DNA of 21,302 bases from an uncultured Candidatus Saccharibacteria bacterium. GTDB taxonomy: Bacteria > Patescibacteriota > Saccharimonadia > CAILAD01 > JADZBC01. Positions 20,558 to 21,302 of this stretch are shown one piece after another (position 1 is the first letter of the stretch; each line of letters opens with the position of its first letter). The stretch covers positions 1 to 21,302 of the forward strand of contig CAZNJX010000005.1 of the NCBI GenBank assembly GCA_964573585.1, read 5' to 3'. The notes under the pieces are model-generated. The model searched no databases, was not told where the DNA came from, and was given only the letters and a program-made list of their open reading frames with translations. The position numbers and the translations under genes are program-made.

Positions 20558-21061
20558 ATGAAACTTCCCAATACCTACACAAACAAAAACGAAACGGGTT
20601 GCTGCGCTGTGCCAAACATTCAGGACTGGGACGAACAAGCAGTTAGCTTTGAAGGCAAGAAGTTTATTCGCATGTATACGAGGAACTTCCTATACATCCC
20701 CTTAAATATGGCAAAGGTCATGACTCGCTTGCAACAGTCGGTAGCAGCGGCAGGGGCCGAAATGCCGCCTCAGCAGGGCATGATACTCAGCCATGACCTA
20801 TCGCCGTGGAAGGCAGAGCACCTTTACGCTGTCTCGAAAAACGTGCCTGGAGCCGAGAATGTTGAACTTAGTGGTGACTTTTTAACCAAAGTGTTTGAGG
20901 GACCGTTTCAGGATGCCAAAAAGTGGTATGCGTCACTCTTGGCGTTCGCTAAAGCCAAAGGCATGACGGCAAAGGAAGTTTACTTCTTCTACACCACCTG
21001 CCCAAAGTGTGCCAAGCACTACGGCAAAAACTACACCATTGGCCTTGCCAAGGTTAGCTAA
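20558..21061 (+). CDS. Hypothetical protein (Cys-containing, 167 aa)
   Basis: Good SD tAAGGAGtactgccATG. No family recognised. Confidence 0.65.
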   Translation: MKLPNTYTNKNETGCCAVPNIQDWDEQAVSFEGKKFIRMYTRNFLYIPLNMAKVMTRLQQSVAAAGAEMPPQQGMILSHDLSPWKAEHLYAVSKNVPGAENVELSGDFLTKVFEGPFQDAKKWYASLLAFAKAKGMTAKEVYFFYTTCPKCAKHYGKNYTIGLAKVS

Positions 21062-21063
21062 GC

Positions 21064-21302
21064 CTAGAACCAGCCAAGAATAGTCTTCCAGATATTAACG
21101 AAGAATGCGCCTATGCGGGCTAGTAAGCCTCCTGGCGTGGGTGTGGGCTGGGAATCTGCCGACTCGCCTTCATTACCAGGTTTAGTTGAGGTTTTGCGTT
21201 GGGCGCTAACGTCTTGACCACCACTACCACCTACGCTCACCGCCTGAGGCTGCCCGGCGGATGTGGTCGAAGTGTTCGTGTTGCTTGCAGAGCTACTACT
21301 AC
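21064..21302 (-). CDS. C-terminal part of a Ser/Thr/Gly/Pro-rich protein with hydrophobic C-terminal tail (N-terminus beyond window end)
   Basis: Open minus-strand frame from 21302 down to TAG at 21064..21066 (my translation: ...SADSQPTPTPGGLLARIGAFFVNIWKTILGWF*). Confidence 0.4.
   Translation of the reverse strand, partial: SSSSASNTNTSTTSAGQPQAVSVGGSGGQDVSAQRKTSTKPGNEGESADSQPTPTPGGLLARIGAFFVNIWKTILGWF

Noticed and set aside
1-21302. Looked for an integrase, recombinase or transposase, rRNA and additional tRNAs
   Set aside because: No ORF has tyrosine or serine recombinase or DDE motifs recognisable by eye. No rRNA-like conserved stretches. Only one cloverleaf (tRNA-Gln) could be folded.

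Overview
The window is a roughly 47-50% GC bacterial chromosome segment, apparently from a small-genome lineage (my inference only, no taxonomic call possible).

The host genes run as follows. A minus-strand operon at the 5' side encodes a partial HisKA-type histidine kinase, a membrane protein, a 2-Cys peroxiredoxin, Fe/Mn superoxide dismutase, a SAM-methyltransferase, Bcp peroxiredoxin and a PolB-type 3'-5' exonuclease. A tRNA-Gln(UUG) sits at 4391..4465. The 3' side carries a parallel beta-helix surface protein, DUF1801 and DUF2200 proteins, a PhnB/VOC protein, an alpha/beta hydrolase, a TreT-like GT4 glycosyltransferase, an APC permease and hypotheticals.

Immediately downstream of the tRNA lies a ~7.2 kb compositional mosaic (4466..11690) with about 63% GC coding payloads set in AT-rich non-coding scaffolding. 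It contains three homologous expression modules, all on the minus strand. Each has a good sigma70 promoter (TTGNNN-17-TATAAT-like). Each has a conserved ~45-nt leader (CTTGAAAT...CCCTTAGAAAGGGG-N5-ATG). Each has a shared 3' element ending in a GC hairpin plus a CGTTATTATCAC tail. Two of the three 3' elements are ~95% identical 105-bp copies.

The three payloads are unrelated to one another: (i) a 341-aa protein of unknown function, (ii) a 442-aa protein with about 4 TM helices, and (iii) an 873-aa protein I recognise as a major vault protein (MVP) homolog, with a MaoC-like hotdog hydratase gene just downstream. Degenerate copies of the tRNA-Gln 3' end plus its flank recur between modules. This is the signature of tandem site-specific accretion of integrase-less cassettes at the tRNA.

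A fourth isolated high-GC gene (16613..17425) sits behind a strong promoter with an operator-like palindrome. No rRNA, CRISPR array, transposase or integrase was found. All functional calls rest on motif recognition by eye and need HMM/BLAST confirmation.
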